DNA from: Candidatus Uhrbacteria bacterium
GTDB taxonomy: Bacteria; Patescibacteriota; Patescibacteriia; UBA9934; UBA10169
Assembly (NCBI GenBank): GCA_016187485.1
Contig: JACPJO010000003.1
Span: 25,587-89,586 of the forward strand
Reading direction: 5' to 3'
Length of the DNA: 64,000 bases
In this document: positions 56,645 to 64,000 of the stretch, in pieces
How the letters are laid out: each line of letters begins with the position of its first letter
Position numbering within the stretch: the first letter of the stretch is position 1
The notes under the pieces: generated by a model
Seen by the model: only the letters and a program-made list of their open reading frames with translations
Told to the model about the DNA's origin: nothing
Databases searched by the model: none
Made by a program: the position numbers and the translations under genes

Positions 56645-56938
56645 ATGTTGCTTGACGCTAAAGACATTCTGTTTATCGTACTCGCTTTTTGCGCGCTGTG
56701 GTTTACGGCGTTTGCATGTTGGCTTATTTATCAGTTGGCGGTGTTTCTGAAAAATGTAAATGACACGGTTTCTGATGTGCGCGGGTCGGTGGCGAAACTT
56801 GAGCAGGCAGTCAGCGGTATCCGCAACAGGTTTGATCACGCGACGTCTGGCATGATGCTGGCGCTTGAGGCGGGGAAGAAAATTGTGGATATGCTTGCCA
56901 CCCGGCGAGAGGAGAAGAAGGTGAAGAAAAAGAAATAG
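56645..56938 (+). CDS. hypothetical small membrane protein with Lys-rich tail
   Basis: Single TM ILFIVLAFCALWFTAFACWLIY, then a helical region. RBS GGAGGA. Confidence 0.45.
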   Translation: MLLDAKDILFIVLAFCALWFTAFACWLIYQLAVFLKNVNDTVSDVRGSVAKLEQAVSGIRNRFDHATSGMMLALEAGKKIVDMLATRREEKKVKKKK

Positions 56939-56945
56939 AGATAGA

Positions 56946-56970
56946 AAAACGGGGCTCGTGCCCCGTTTTG
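56946..56970 (+). terminator. rho-independent terminator
   Basis: ACGGGGC-UCGU-GCCCCGU plus UUUG after AAAA (bidirectional-looking). Confidence 0.55.
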
Positions 56971-57048
56971 ATATTGGTTGACATTCGCTCGTTATGGTGA
57001 TCAAATGCCTGCACCCCGTTTCGTCAACATCCACCGGTAGGAGGTTCC

Positions 57049-57692
57049 GTGGACACAGACTCTACGAGCAACATCTCGCGCATTCTCAAAGAGACAGGGG
57101 CAGTTCTCACGGACGGGCCTTCGTCTACACGAGCGGACGTCACGGGAATGCCTACGTCAACAAGGACGCCATCTACCCACACACGGAGAAGGTCACCGCT
57201 CTGTGCTGGTACCTGGCTCAGGCATTCGACACGGACCAGGTGGACGTCGTCGTGGGTCCGGCCATGGGCGGGATCATTCTCTCCCAGTGGACGGCGCATC
57301 ATCTGCGGTCCCGGACTTCGATTGGGGTCCTGGCGGCCTATGCCGACAAGGCGCCGACGGGCTTTGTTCTCAATCGCGGCTACGGCGCGTTGGTCCAGGG
57401 CAAGCGGGTGCTCGTGGTGGAGGACGTTCTCACCACGGGAGAGTCGGTACGCGGGGCGGTCTTCGCCGTGCGTGCGGTGGGTGGCGATGTGGTGGGCGTG
57501 GGCGCGCTCTGCAACCGCGGTGGGGTGATGGCCAGACACGTGGGCGAAGTGCCCAAGCTCGTATCGCTTCTCAACATCACGCTTGACTCCTGGGGCGAGC
57601 TGGCGTGCCCACTGTGCGCAAAGGGGGTTCCTGTCAACACGGATGTCGGCAAGGGCCACGACTTCCTCGCTCGCAAGGCTACCCACTCGTGA
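57049..57692 (+). pseudogene. pyrE: orotate phosphoribosyltransferase (pyrE) with apparent single-nucleotide frameshift near 57115-57125
   Basis: RBS AGGAGG plus GTG 57049 gives MDTDSTSNISRILKETGAVLTDG in frame 1. The OPRT body (FVYTSGRHGNAYVNKD...VLVVEDVLTTGES...) continues in frame 0 from about 57120. Either frame alone lacks part of the enzyme. Confidence 0.55.
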
Positions 57693-57725
57693 GCAGAGCG
57701 ATCTGAACAAAGTTCTTTCTTTACA

Positions 57726-57756
57726 GCCACGTCCTAGAGACGTGGTTTCGAGTTTT
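57726..57756 (+). terminator. rho-independent terminator after pyrE
   Basis: CCACGUC-CUAGAG-ACGUGG plus UUUCGAGUUUUU. Confidence 0.45.
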
Positions 57757-57780
57757 TGAGAGAGGACTAAAAGCTGGTTT

Positions 57781-57885
57781 CGAACCTCACCTAAGTGTCG
57801 ATCGGCACTTATATGAGGTTCGGATCTTGAGCCAAGCATTTCGGTGCCTGGCACCAATTTGCTCAATGTTTTGGTGCCTGGCACC
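57781..57885. repeat. bipartite palindromic module, copy 2: 42-nt imperfect palindrome (core AAGTGTCGATCGGCACTT), GGTGCCTGGCACC and CAATTTG 20 nt downstream, and a second GGTGCCTGGCACC
   Basis: Seen directly. Same element order and identical 20-nt spacing as copy 1 (571-651). Lies about 250 bp upstream of ORF 58138. Confidence 0.6.
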
Positions 57886-58137
57886 TTTTTACGTTTTTGA
57901 TTGACACCCGCCTTTTATGGTGCTCAAATACGTTCAACCCGCTTCGTCAACGGGTTCCTGTCGCTGACAGGTCAAAAGCCGCCGCTCAATTCTGGGCGGC
58001 CGCCGGCGTCACTGACGCAGGAAGGACAATAAGGGACGACCCCCGCTCTGCGGGGCCCTCTCGCCGTGCCGAGTTAGTCACTTGGCACACCCCGTCTCTG
58101 ACGGCTCGCGAGGTTCCAAACGACTAGAGGTGACGAC

Positions 58138-58986
58138 ATGCCTGTTAAGAAAAAGGACCTTCGGGTCGACTCCTACATGGAGTTCGTCGAGTTCGTTCCC
58201 GCCCCCCTTCGTCCATTGTACTGCGTCCTTCTGGCGCTCTCGCAGAGCATGGGCCAGGTGTACGAGTACCACAAGCTCCTGTCGGCCCACTGGCAGCTCG
58301 TGAAGGCTGACGTGATCCGTCTGAAGAAGGTCTGGAAGGACCTGAACGGTGGTGACCTCGGCCGTACCTTCTACAAGCTCCAGCTTCTCGAAGCCTCGCG
58401 AGCACTCCTTCTCCTGCAGTGGTCCGTAGACCCTCAGACAAATGTCTCTGGCTACTACATCGATCGTCTTGTCGAGGCGTTCGGAGGGAATCGATCAGAG
58501 GGGCGTTCTCCGTCTTCATCTTGCGTTCTGCTTGTAGAGGAGGCTGAGGGAGTGACGGGGGTGACGGAGGAGACCCTCTCCAGGTTTCAGAGCCCTGCCA
58601 TGTTTACCGTTGAGATGATCGAATGTCTGATGAACGCGAGTGTCGAGCTCCATCAATATCCGAATCGTGGATGGATGGTCGAAGTGTGCGCAGCAGATGC
58701 CTCGTTCCAGAGGCTCGATGCACATGTTGTCGACCGCTTCATCGATAAGGTTCCTAAGGAGTTTGTTCTGATTCAACGGCACAGCGGTACGCGGGGACGG
58801 TCTGCCGCAACGACTTCCTGCACGATGTGCATCACGGTACCCTGCAACCTGCCGCTCGAGGCGAGCTCATCGGTCACGATGGGCGAATGGATCGCACCCG
58901 ATGCGTTTCTCTCTGACCTCAAGGTAGCTCTGAATGCGGCGGGAGTCCCGGTCTCTGACATCAGGCGTCCCATCAAGGCTGCCTGA
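58138..58986 (+). CDS. hypothetical protein (282 aa)
   Basis: RBS GAGGTGA plus ATG. No recognisable family. Followed by the conserved 3' element A. Confidence 0.45.
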   Translation: MPVKKKDLRVDSYMEFVEFVPAPLRPLYCVLLALSQSMGQVYEYHKLLSAHWQLVKADVIRLKKVWKDLNGGDLGRTFYKLQLLEASRALLLLQWSVDPQTNVSGYYIDRLVEAFGGNRSEGRSPSSSCVLLVEEAEGVTGVTEETLSRFQSPAMFTVEMIECLMNASVELHQYPNRGWMVEVCAADASFQRLDAHVVDRFIDKVPKEFVLIQRHSGTRGRSAATTSCTMCITVPCNLPLEASSSVTMGEWIAPDAFLSDLKVALNAAGVPVSDIRRPIKAA

Positions 58987-58994
58987 TCCACCAA

Positions 58995-59072
58995 CCTCGC
59001 TCGCCTCTTGGGTGCCAACGCGCCTTCGGGCCGAGCCAACAATCTCAACCCAGTCGTCTGACTGGGTTTCGA
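58995..59072. repeat. cassette 3' element A (imperfect palindrome GGGTGCCAACGCGCCTTCGGGCCGAGCC ... CCCAGTCGTCTGACTGGGTTTCGA)
   Basis: About 85% identical to element B at 60626-60696. Ends in a 7-bp hairpin and a short U tract (terminator-like). Confidence 0.55.
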
Positions 59073-59141
59073 CTTTTACAACCACAACCACCCCCGTGGA
59101 GACGAAGGTGGAGTGGTGTTCCCGGATCTTGCCTCTGTGGC

Positions 59142-59217
59142 TGGTGGAACTGACCGGATTCGAACCGGCAACTCTAGGTGTCGACGCTAGTGAGGTTACC
59201 ATTACCTCTACAGTCCC
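59142..59217 (-). tRNA. tRNA-like gene with atypical anticodon arm (possible pseudo-tRNA or recombination site)
   Basis: Minus strand: acceptor GGGACUG/CAGUUCC (one G-U), D arm GAGG-UAAUGGUAA-CCUC, T arm GCCGG-UUCGAAU-CCGGU, discriminator A plus CCA. The anticodon stem is CUAG/CUAG plus a C-C mismatch, and the loop is GUCGACA (anticodon CGA). This is inconsistent with the short variable arm. Confidence 0.4.
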
Positions 59218-59393
59218 ACGGATCCGGGGTGAAACAAATACAACTCACCAGGGGAGAGTTGTATTTGAGACACCTAGATAGAGGAAATACCTCACTAGCT
59301 TAGGTGCATTCCACCACAGAATTGTCTCTTTGTCAATGGCATTTTGTGGATTATTCCTCTTTGCCACGGTGCCACTTTGCAACTCTTTCGAGG

Positions 59394-59435
59394 TTTCTCT
59401 CTAAGTTGTCTCTTAGAGATCACTAAGAGAGAATT
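59394..59435. repeat. 42-nt direct repeat copy 1 (TTTCTCTCTAAGTTGTCTCTTAGAGATCACTAAGAGAGAATT) with internal dyad symmetry
   Basis: Perfect copy at 60859-60900. About 280 nt upstream of ORF 59717. Confidence 0.65.
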
Positions 59436-59716
59436 TATGTCGACACTCCGGTTATTGACACCTCTCTCCGATAGTGCTCAAATAGCCGCATCCTGCCTTG
59501 TCAGCGGGACTCATACGAGGACGTATGATGCTATCCGGCCTCTCTCAATCATGGGAGAAAACGTTGCGGGGACGCAGCGGGTCGGCGAAACAACATCCCA
59601 GGCAAATCCGTCGGGAGACGGATGGGACATTTCCAAGCCGGATGTGGTCAGTCGGTTTGGTTCTGCGGGGACGCAGAGCGCCTTTGGCGGAATGGTTTCA
59701 CGACCTTGGACAAACC

Positions 59717-60616
59717 ATGTCGACGTTCAGTGAGATTCTTGAGCACTTCAGGAAGCTTGGCTACAGGGATCCGAAGAAGCTCGCGCGGATCTGGCAGATG
59801 GCTGTGAGCGTGCGTGACGTTCGACGTCTGCACGACATCATGCCCGAGGGGGATCAGCTGCTCCGGCACGATCGGCGGCTTCTTGAGAAGGGTTGGGAGG
59901 ACTACACGAAGACGCGTCCCAAGCCGTGGCGTCGTTTCGATGATGACGTAGCGAAGGCAGAGCTCTCCGAATACGCATCCCTCTGTGCCCACCATCCCTA
60001 CTACGCTCGTACCATCGTCCACGCGCACATGCAGGAGAGGAAGGGGGCACCGCACCCGCGTCGATCGGAGTACTGGTCCGTAGGCGCACCTCGTCCGCAT
60101 CTCTCCATCGTTCAGCGGAGCCTCGAGCCCCACATCCTCTGCGATGCATTCACGGGATACCTTGCCGGCGTCCTGTGCCAGATCGCATGCCTCTACAATA
60201 GGCAGACCAGCCCCGCCGAGTTCCTCGTGGAGGTCACGATCGACGCATCGTGCCTTACGCACACTGCGTCAACGCTTCTCCTGCCGGTGCTGACCTGCGA
60301 GGACCACTGCTTAGATGCGGTCAACAATCGGTTGGAGTTCCGCTACATCATCTCCGCCGACAGCCTGGTCTCACACCTCAAGAAGGTGGAACGGCCTAGT
60401 GGTCGTGTTCACGTCGTGGCGGAGCCCGGGTTCGCTGCCGCGCTTGAAGGTGTTCTGCGGGAGAACGGCCTTCAGACCATCGAGCAGATCAAGCTCGTCC
60501 TGCCTGATCTCGTCCTGGCATCGGGGCATGAAATCGACGACAGGAGGAGTAGAGGAGCGTATTTCACGGTCGACTCCCGTGACCCGCACTGCGTCGTCAC
60601 CATGAATGTTTCCTGA
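59717..60616 (+). CDS. hypothetical protein (299 aa)
   Basis: Start moved to MSTFSEILEHFRKLGY; the upstream part of the track ORF is R/G-rich. Followed by 3' element B. Confidence 0.45.
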   Translation: MSTFSEILEHFRKLGYRDPKKLARIWQMAVSVRDVRRLHDIMPEGDQLLRHDRRLLEKGWEDYTKTRPKPWRRFDDDVAKAELSEYASLCAHHPYYARTIVHAHMQERKGAPHPRRSEYWSVGAPRPHLSIVQRSLEPHILCDAFTGYLAGVLCQIACLYNRQTSPAEFLVEVTIDASCLTHTASTLLLPVLTCEDHCLDAVNNRLEFRYIISADSLVSHLKKVERPSGRVHVVAEPGFAAALEGVLRENGLQTIEQIKLVLPDLVLASGHEIDDRRSRGAYFTVDSRDPHCVVTMNVS

Positions 60617-60625
60617 CCTCACCAT

Positions 60626-60696
60626 CTTGCTCGGCTCGGGGGTGCCAACGCGCCTCCGGGCCGAGCCCATCAACCCAGTCATCTGACTGGGTTTCG
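60626..60696. repeat. cassette 3' element B (GGGTGCCAACGCGCCTCCGGGCCGAGCC ... CCCAGTCATCTGACTGGGTTTCGA)
   Basis: Paralogous to element A at 58995-59072. Confidence 0.55.
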
Positions 60697-60858
60697 AATT
60701 CCTGACTTCTCTTTGGGCCGCCTCTTCGTGGCGACATAGGAGTCGATGAGTAATATCAACCTCAGTCGTGATCTTCATGTAAGGACCGATCGGCCCTTGC
60801 GTGAAGACCGGTGCCTATAAGACTTTCTGCAAGGCCGTGTTTCTACGACGGAATTGAA

Positions 60859-60900
60859 TTTCTCTCTAAGTTGTCTCTTAGAGATCACTAAGAGAGAATT
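60859..60900. repeat. 42-nt direct repeat copy 2, 46 nt upstream of the dnaE start
   Basis: Identical to 59394-59435. Confidence 0.65.
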
Positions 60901-60946
60901 GGTATCCAATACGCTTAGTACTGGACAACTCCCGCCGGGAGGCCCG

Positions 60947-63900
60947 ATGTGGTACGCTTTGGCCGGTATGCCAAGCCCGTTCGTCCACCTCCATGTGCAC
61001 AGTCATTACTCTCTTTTGGAGGCTCTTCCGAAAGTGAAGGAACTGGTAAAGTTTTGTGATGCGCAAAACATGGACGCCATGGCGCTTACAGACAATGGGG
61101 TACTCTATGGGGCCATTGAGTTTTATCAAAAAATGACAGAGGCCGGGAAGAAGCCCCTTATCGGCATGGACGTCTATCTGGCGCCTTACGGCCGTACACA
61201 AAAGCGCGCGCGTATTGATACGCGGCCGTGGCGGCTCGTGCTTCTTGCGGAAAATGAAACAGGGTACCGAAACCTCATGAAACTTTCCTCACAAGGTTTC
61301 CTCGAGGGATTTTATTATAAACCACGTCTCGATGACGAGTTGCTTGCGAGCATGAAGGAGGGTCTCATCTGCCTCTCCGGCGGCTATCACAGCGAGCTTG
61401 CCACGTTGGCGCGGCAAGGAGCTGATCGTACCAAGCTCCGAGAAGTTGCAGAGCGGTACAGAGACATGTTCGGGCCAGAGCACTTTTATCTTGAACTTGT
61501 GGATCGGCCCGAGCTGGCCGAACAGCGCACGGTGAACAGCCTTCTTGTGGAAATAGGGAAGGAGTGTGGGATCCCGCTTGTGGTGACGCGCGACGCCTAT
61601 TATCTTGCCCGCGGCGACCAAGAGGCTTGGCGCGTGCAATCGTGTATTCAAGGGAGTCGGACACTCGAGGAAGTCGAGCGCGGCACGCAGAATGATTTTG
61701 ACGCCTCGCTTTCTGATGCAGAGGGGATTGCCGCCCGTTTTGCGGATCTCCCGGAAGCCATTGAAAACACGCGCCGCATCGCCGACCGGTGTAATCTCAC
61801 GCTTGATCTTGGCAAGTGGAATTTCGCCAACATTGATATTCCTGCAGGGAAGACAGCCATTGAATTTTTGCGCGAACGCGCGTATGCCGAGCTCGCACAA
61901 AAAGTTCCTGAAATTACAGAGGAGATGCAAAAGCGTTTGGACTATGAACTCGGCGTCATTGACTTCAAGGCTTTTGCGCCATACTTCTTGATCGTCTCTG
62001 ACTATATTCAGTATGCGCGGCGCAACGGCATCGTGACCACGACGCGCGGCTCGGCGGCCGGGTCCCTCGTAAGTTACGCCATCGGCATTTCTACCGTAGA
62101 TCCGCTCCGCTACCGTCTTCCATTTGAGCGCTTTTTGAATCCCGAGCGTCCCTCCGCCCCCGATGTGGACGGAGACTTTGCGGACAACCGGCGTGATGAA
62201 ATGCTGGCATACGTGACGGAGAAATACGGTGCCGATAAAGTGGCGCAGATTTGTACGTTTGGCACGATGTTGGCGCGCGGAAGTGTCCGCGATGTTGGTC
62301 GTGCGCTCGGTTTTTCCTATGGATTTGTAGATGGAGTCGCCAAACTTGTGCCGATGGGAAGCCAGGGATTTCCTATGACGCTTGAGCGCGCGCTTGGAGA
62401 AAGCCCGGACTTAAAAAAGCGCTACGACACGGAGCCGGATGTCCGGCGCGTGATTGACGTAGCACGCCGTATTGAGGGCCGGGCGCGGCATGTCTCCATT
62501 CACGCCGCCGGCACCGTTATTGCGCCTACCCCTCTTGTAAACTTTACGCCGCTCCAGCGCGATACGCGTGAGGGGAAAGTGATCACGCAGTACGAAATGA
62601 AATCTGTCGAAGCCGCCGGGCTTCTCAAGATGGATTTTCTTGGCATCCGCAACCTCTCCATTCTTGGAGATGCGGTCAAGTTGGTGCGCAAGCTTAAGGG
62701 AGTCGAGATTGAACTTGAGAAAATTCCTGTGGATGACGGGAAGACTTTTTCCCTATTAGCACGCGGGGAAACGATGGGGCTGTTTCAGTTGAATGGGGAT
62801 GGCATGACGAAGTATCTCATGGAGCTTAAGCCGGAACGTATTGAAGACATCATGGCGATGGTGGCCTTGTATCGTCCGGGGCCTATTGAATCTATTCCCG
62901 AGTACATCCGCCGCAAGCACAATGCGTCTCTTATCCAGTATCTGGATCCGCGCATGGAAAGTATCCTCGATATGTCGTATGGCGTTATTGTCTATCAGGA
63001 TGACGTGATGCTTATTGCCATTCACCTCGCGGGCTATTCGTGGCTTGAAGCCGACAAATTGCGCAAAGCGATGGGGAAGAAAATTCCCGAAGAGATGGCC
63101 AAGCAGAAAGAGAAGCTGCTTGAAGGATTCGTGGCGCATGGACTGTCGGCCAAAAAAGCGCACGAGCTGTGGTTGCTTATTGAGCCGTTTGCGGCATATG
63201 GATTCAACAAGGCGCATGCCGCGTCCTACGGGATGGTGGCGTACCAGACAGCGTACATGAAGGCGAATTACCCGGCGGAGTACATGACAGCGCTCATGAC
63301 GGCAGAGGCTTCCGACTTGGATAAGATCGCCGCGGCTGTTACGGAATGCCGCCGCATGGGCATGGATGTGTTGGGCCCCGATGTGAATATTTCATTTAGA
63401 GATTTCACTTACGTGGACGATAAAACAATCCGCTTTGGGCTTTTGGTCGTGAAGAATCTTGGTGTAGAAGTGGTGAATACTATTGTGGAGGAACGAAAGA
63501 CGCACGGGACGTTTACTGATCTTGCGGATTTTGCCGCTCGTGTGACGCACCGCGCGTTTAATAAAAAATCTCTGGAGGCTCTTATCAAGGCGGGAGCACT
63601 AGATGTTTTCGGGGAGCGCCGGCAGATGCTCGAAAACGTGGATCAAATCCTTGCGTACAACAAACATGTTCAAAAAGCGCGTGAACAAAAACAAACGTCG
63701 TTCTTTGACCTCTCGCCCTCTGCCACCGGCGAACGTCTCTCCCTCTCGCCTGCTCCTGCGGCAAGCCGTTTTGAACGATTGGCATGGGAGAAAGAACTTC
63801 TCGGCTTGTATGTAAGTGCGCATCCGTGGTCGGAAGTCCTCCCACACGTCTCGAAGTATGTTGTGTCGATCGCCGACGCTATAGGGCAGAAGCCGGATAC

Positions 63901-64000
63901 GTTCGCACGCGTAGGGGGGATGCTCTCGGATCTTTCCGTGATTACTACAAAAAAAGGGGACCAGATGGCCTTTGCGCGGCTCGGTGACGGAAGAGCCCAG
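60947..64000 (+). CDS. dnaE: DNA polymerase III alpha subunit, N-terminal about 1018 aa (continues beyond window)
   Basis: RBS GGGAGG plus ATG. PHP domain VHLHVHSHYSLLE. Long uninterrupted frame-2 ORF with polymerase palm/fingers signatures (FDIDFC-like DVDGDFA, GRARHVSIHAAG). No stop within the window, hence absent from the ORF track. Confidence 0.85.
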   Translation, partial: MWYALAGMPSPFVHLHVHSHYSLLEALPKVKELVKFCDAQNMDAMALTDNGVLYGAIEFYQKMTEAGKKPLIGMDVYLAPYGRTQKRARIDTRPWRLVLLAENETGYRNLMKLSSQGFLEGFYYKPRLDDELLASMKEGLICLSGGYHSELATLARQGADRTKLREVAERYRDMFGPEHFYLELVDRPELAEQRTVNSLLVEIGKECGIPLVVTRDAYYLARGDQEAWRVQSCIQGSRTLEEVERGTQNDFDASLSDAEGIAARFADLPEAIENTRRIADRCNLTLDLGKWNFANIDIPAGKTAIEFLRERAYAELAQKVPEITEEMQKRLDYELGVIDFKAFAPYFLIVSDYIQYARRNGIVTTTRGSAAGSLVSYAIGISTVDPLRYRLPFERFLNPERPSAPDVDGDFADNRRDEMLAYVTEKYGADKVAQICTFGTMLARGSVRDVGRALGFSYGFVDGVAKLVPMGSQGFPMTLERALGESPDLKKRYDTEPDVRRVIDVARRIEGRARHVSIHAAGTVIAPTPLVNFTPLQRDTREGKVITQYEMKSVEAAGLLKMDFLGIRNLSILGDAVKLVRKLKGVEIELEKIPVDDGKTFSLLARGETMGLFQLNGDGMTKYLMELKPERIEDIMAMVALYRPGPIESIPEYIRRKHNASLIQYLDPRMESILDMSYGVIVYQDDVMLIAIHLAGYSWLEADKLRKAMGKKIPEEMAKQKEKLLEGFVAHGLSAKKAHELWLLIEPFAAYGFNKAHAASYGMVAYQTAYMKANYPAEYMTALMTAEASDLDKIAAAVTECRRMGMDVLGPDVNISFRDFTYVDDKTIRFGLLVVKNLGVEVVNTIVEERKTHGTFTDLADFAARVTHRAFNKKSLEALIKAGALDVFGERRQMLENVDQILAYNKHVQKAREQKQTSFFDLSPSATGERLSLSPAPAASRFERLAWEKELLGLYVSAHPWSEVLPHVSKYVVSIADAIGQKPDTFARVGGMLSDLSVITTKKGDQMAFARLGDGRAQ

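Noticed and set aside
56994-57884. Treating 56994-57692 as an intact pyrE, or the 286-aa minus ORF 57024-57884 as a gene
   Set aside because: The 56994 frame N-terminus is R/S/H-rich nonsense and lacks the OPRT N-terminal helix, which is encoded in the +1 frame with a strong RBS. The minus ORF is antisense and R-rich.
59137-59310. tmRNA or other long structured RNA built around the tRNA-like element (inverted repeats TGGTGGAA/TTCCACCA and GCTAGTGAGGTTA/ATACCTCACTAGC)
   Set aside because: No tmRNA-like 5' acceptor half, resume codon or tag reading frame could be found, and the inverted segments are asymmetrically spaced. Left as a pseudo-tRNA with nearby fragmentary copies.
58995-60696. Calling the island an integron
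   Set aside because: No IntI-type tyrosine recombinase, attI or Pc promoter in the window, and the 3' elements do not show clear RYYYAAC/GTTRRRY core sites. Reported only as cassette-like organisation.

Overview
The window is a bacterial chromosomal segment that uses the standard genetic code. This is shown by TGA stops with ATGA-type start/stop overlaps and by a tRNA-Trp with anticodon CCA. GC content is strongly mosaic, with blocks of about 60-65% GC interspersed among blocks of about 48-52%. The gene content (T4SS-like/VirB4 genes, ComFC, and a biosynthetically sparse housekeeping set) is reminiscent of small-genome CPR/Patescibacteria-like bacteria, but this is an impression only.

Recognisable housekeeping genes: trpS, pheS, pheT, recG, radA, a ClpB/ClpC-type ATPase, htpX, lemA, rseP, murD, the N-terminal part of dnaE, a five-gene Liv-type ABC transporter, phosphohexomutase, an ITPase, DsbA, and NlpC/P60 and M23 peptidases. 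RNA genes: five tRNAs (Trp-CCA, Ser-GCU, Ser-UGA, Arg-GCG and one atypical tRNA-like gene).

Loci that stand out:
1. A high-GC, tryptophan-centred block. It holds an S9 peptidase, a PLP decarboxylase, and a TDO-like heme dioxygenase translationally coupled to TrpRS. A T-box leader sits in front of a divergent TrpD-like gene, and tRNA-Trp lies nearby.
2. A type IV secretion-like or conjugation-like locus. It runs from an M23/TSP3-repeat lipoprotein through a VirB6-like protein, a PrgI/VirB3-like protein and a VirB4 apparently encoded as two cistrons, to ComFC.
3. A tRNA-Ser locus with a duplicated 5' tRNA fragment flanking a GIY-YIG nuclease ORF, plus tandem repeats.
4. A tiny LysW-like zinc-ribbon ORF placed divergently beside a fold-type-II PLP enzyme and a CarB/Lal-like ATP-grasp ligase, next to murD.
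5. A cassette-like island between pyrE (apparently frameshifted) and dnaE. Two unrelated ORFs each carry a shared ~80-nt 3' element. The island also has a 42-nt direct repeat, a pseudo-tRNA, and an ~80-nt palindromic regulatory module that is also present near the start of the window.

Many six-frame ORFs in the high-GC stretches are R/A/P-rich antisense artefacts and were not called.
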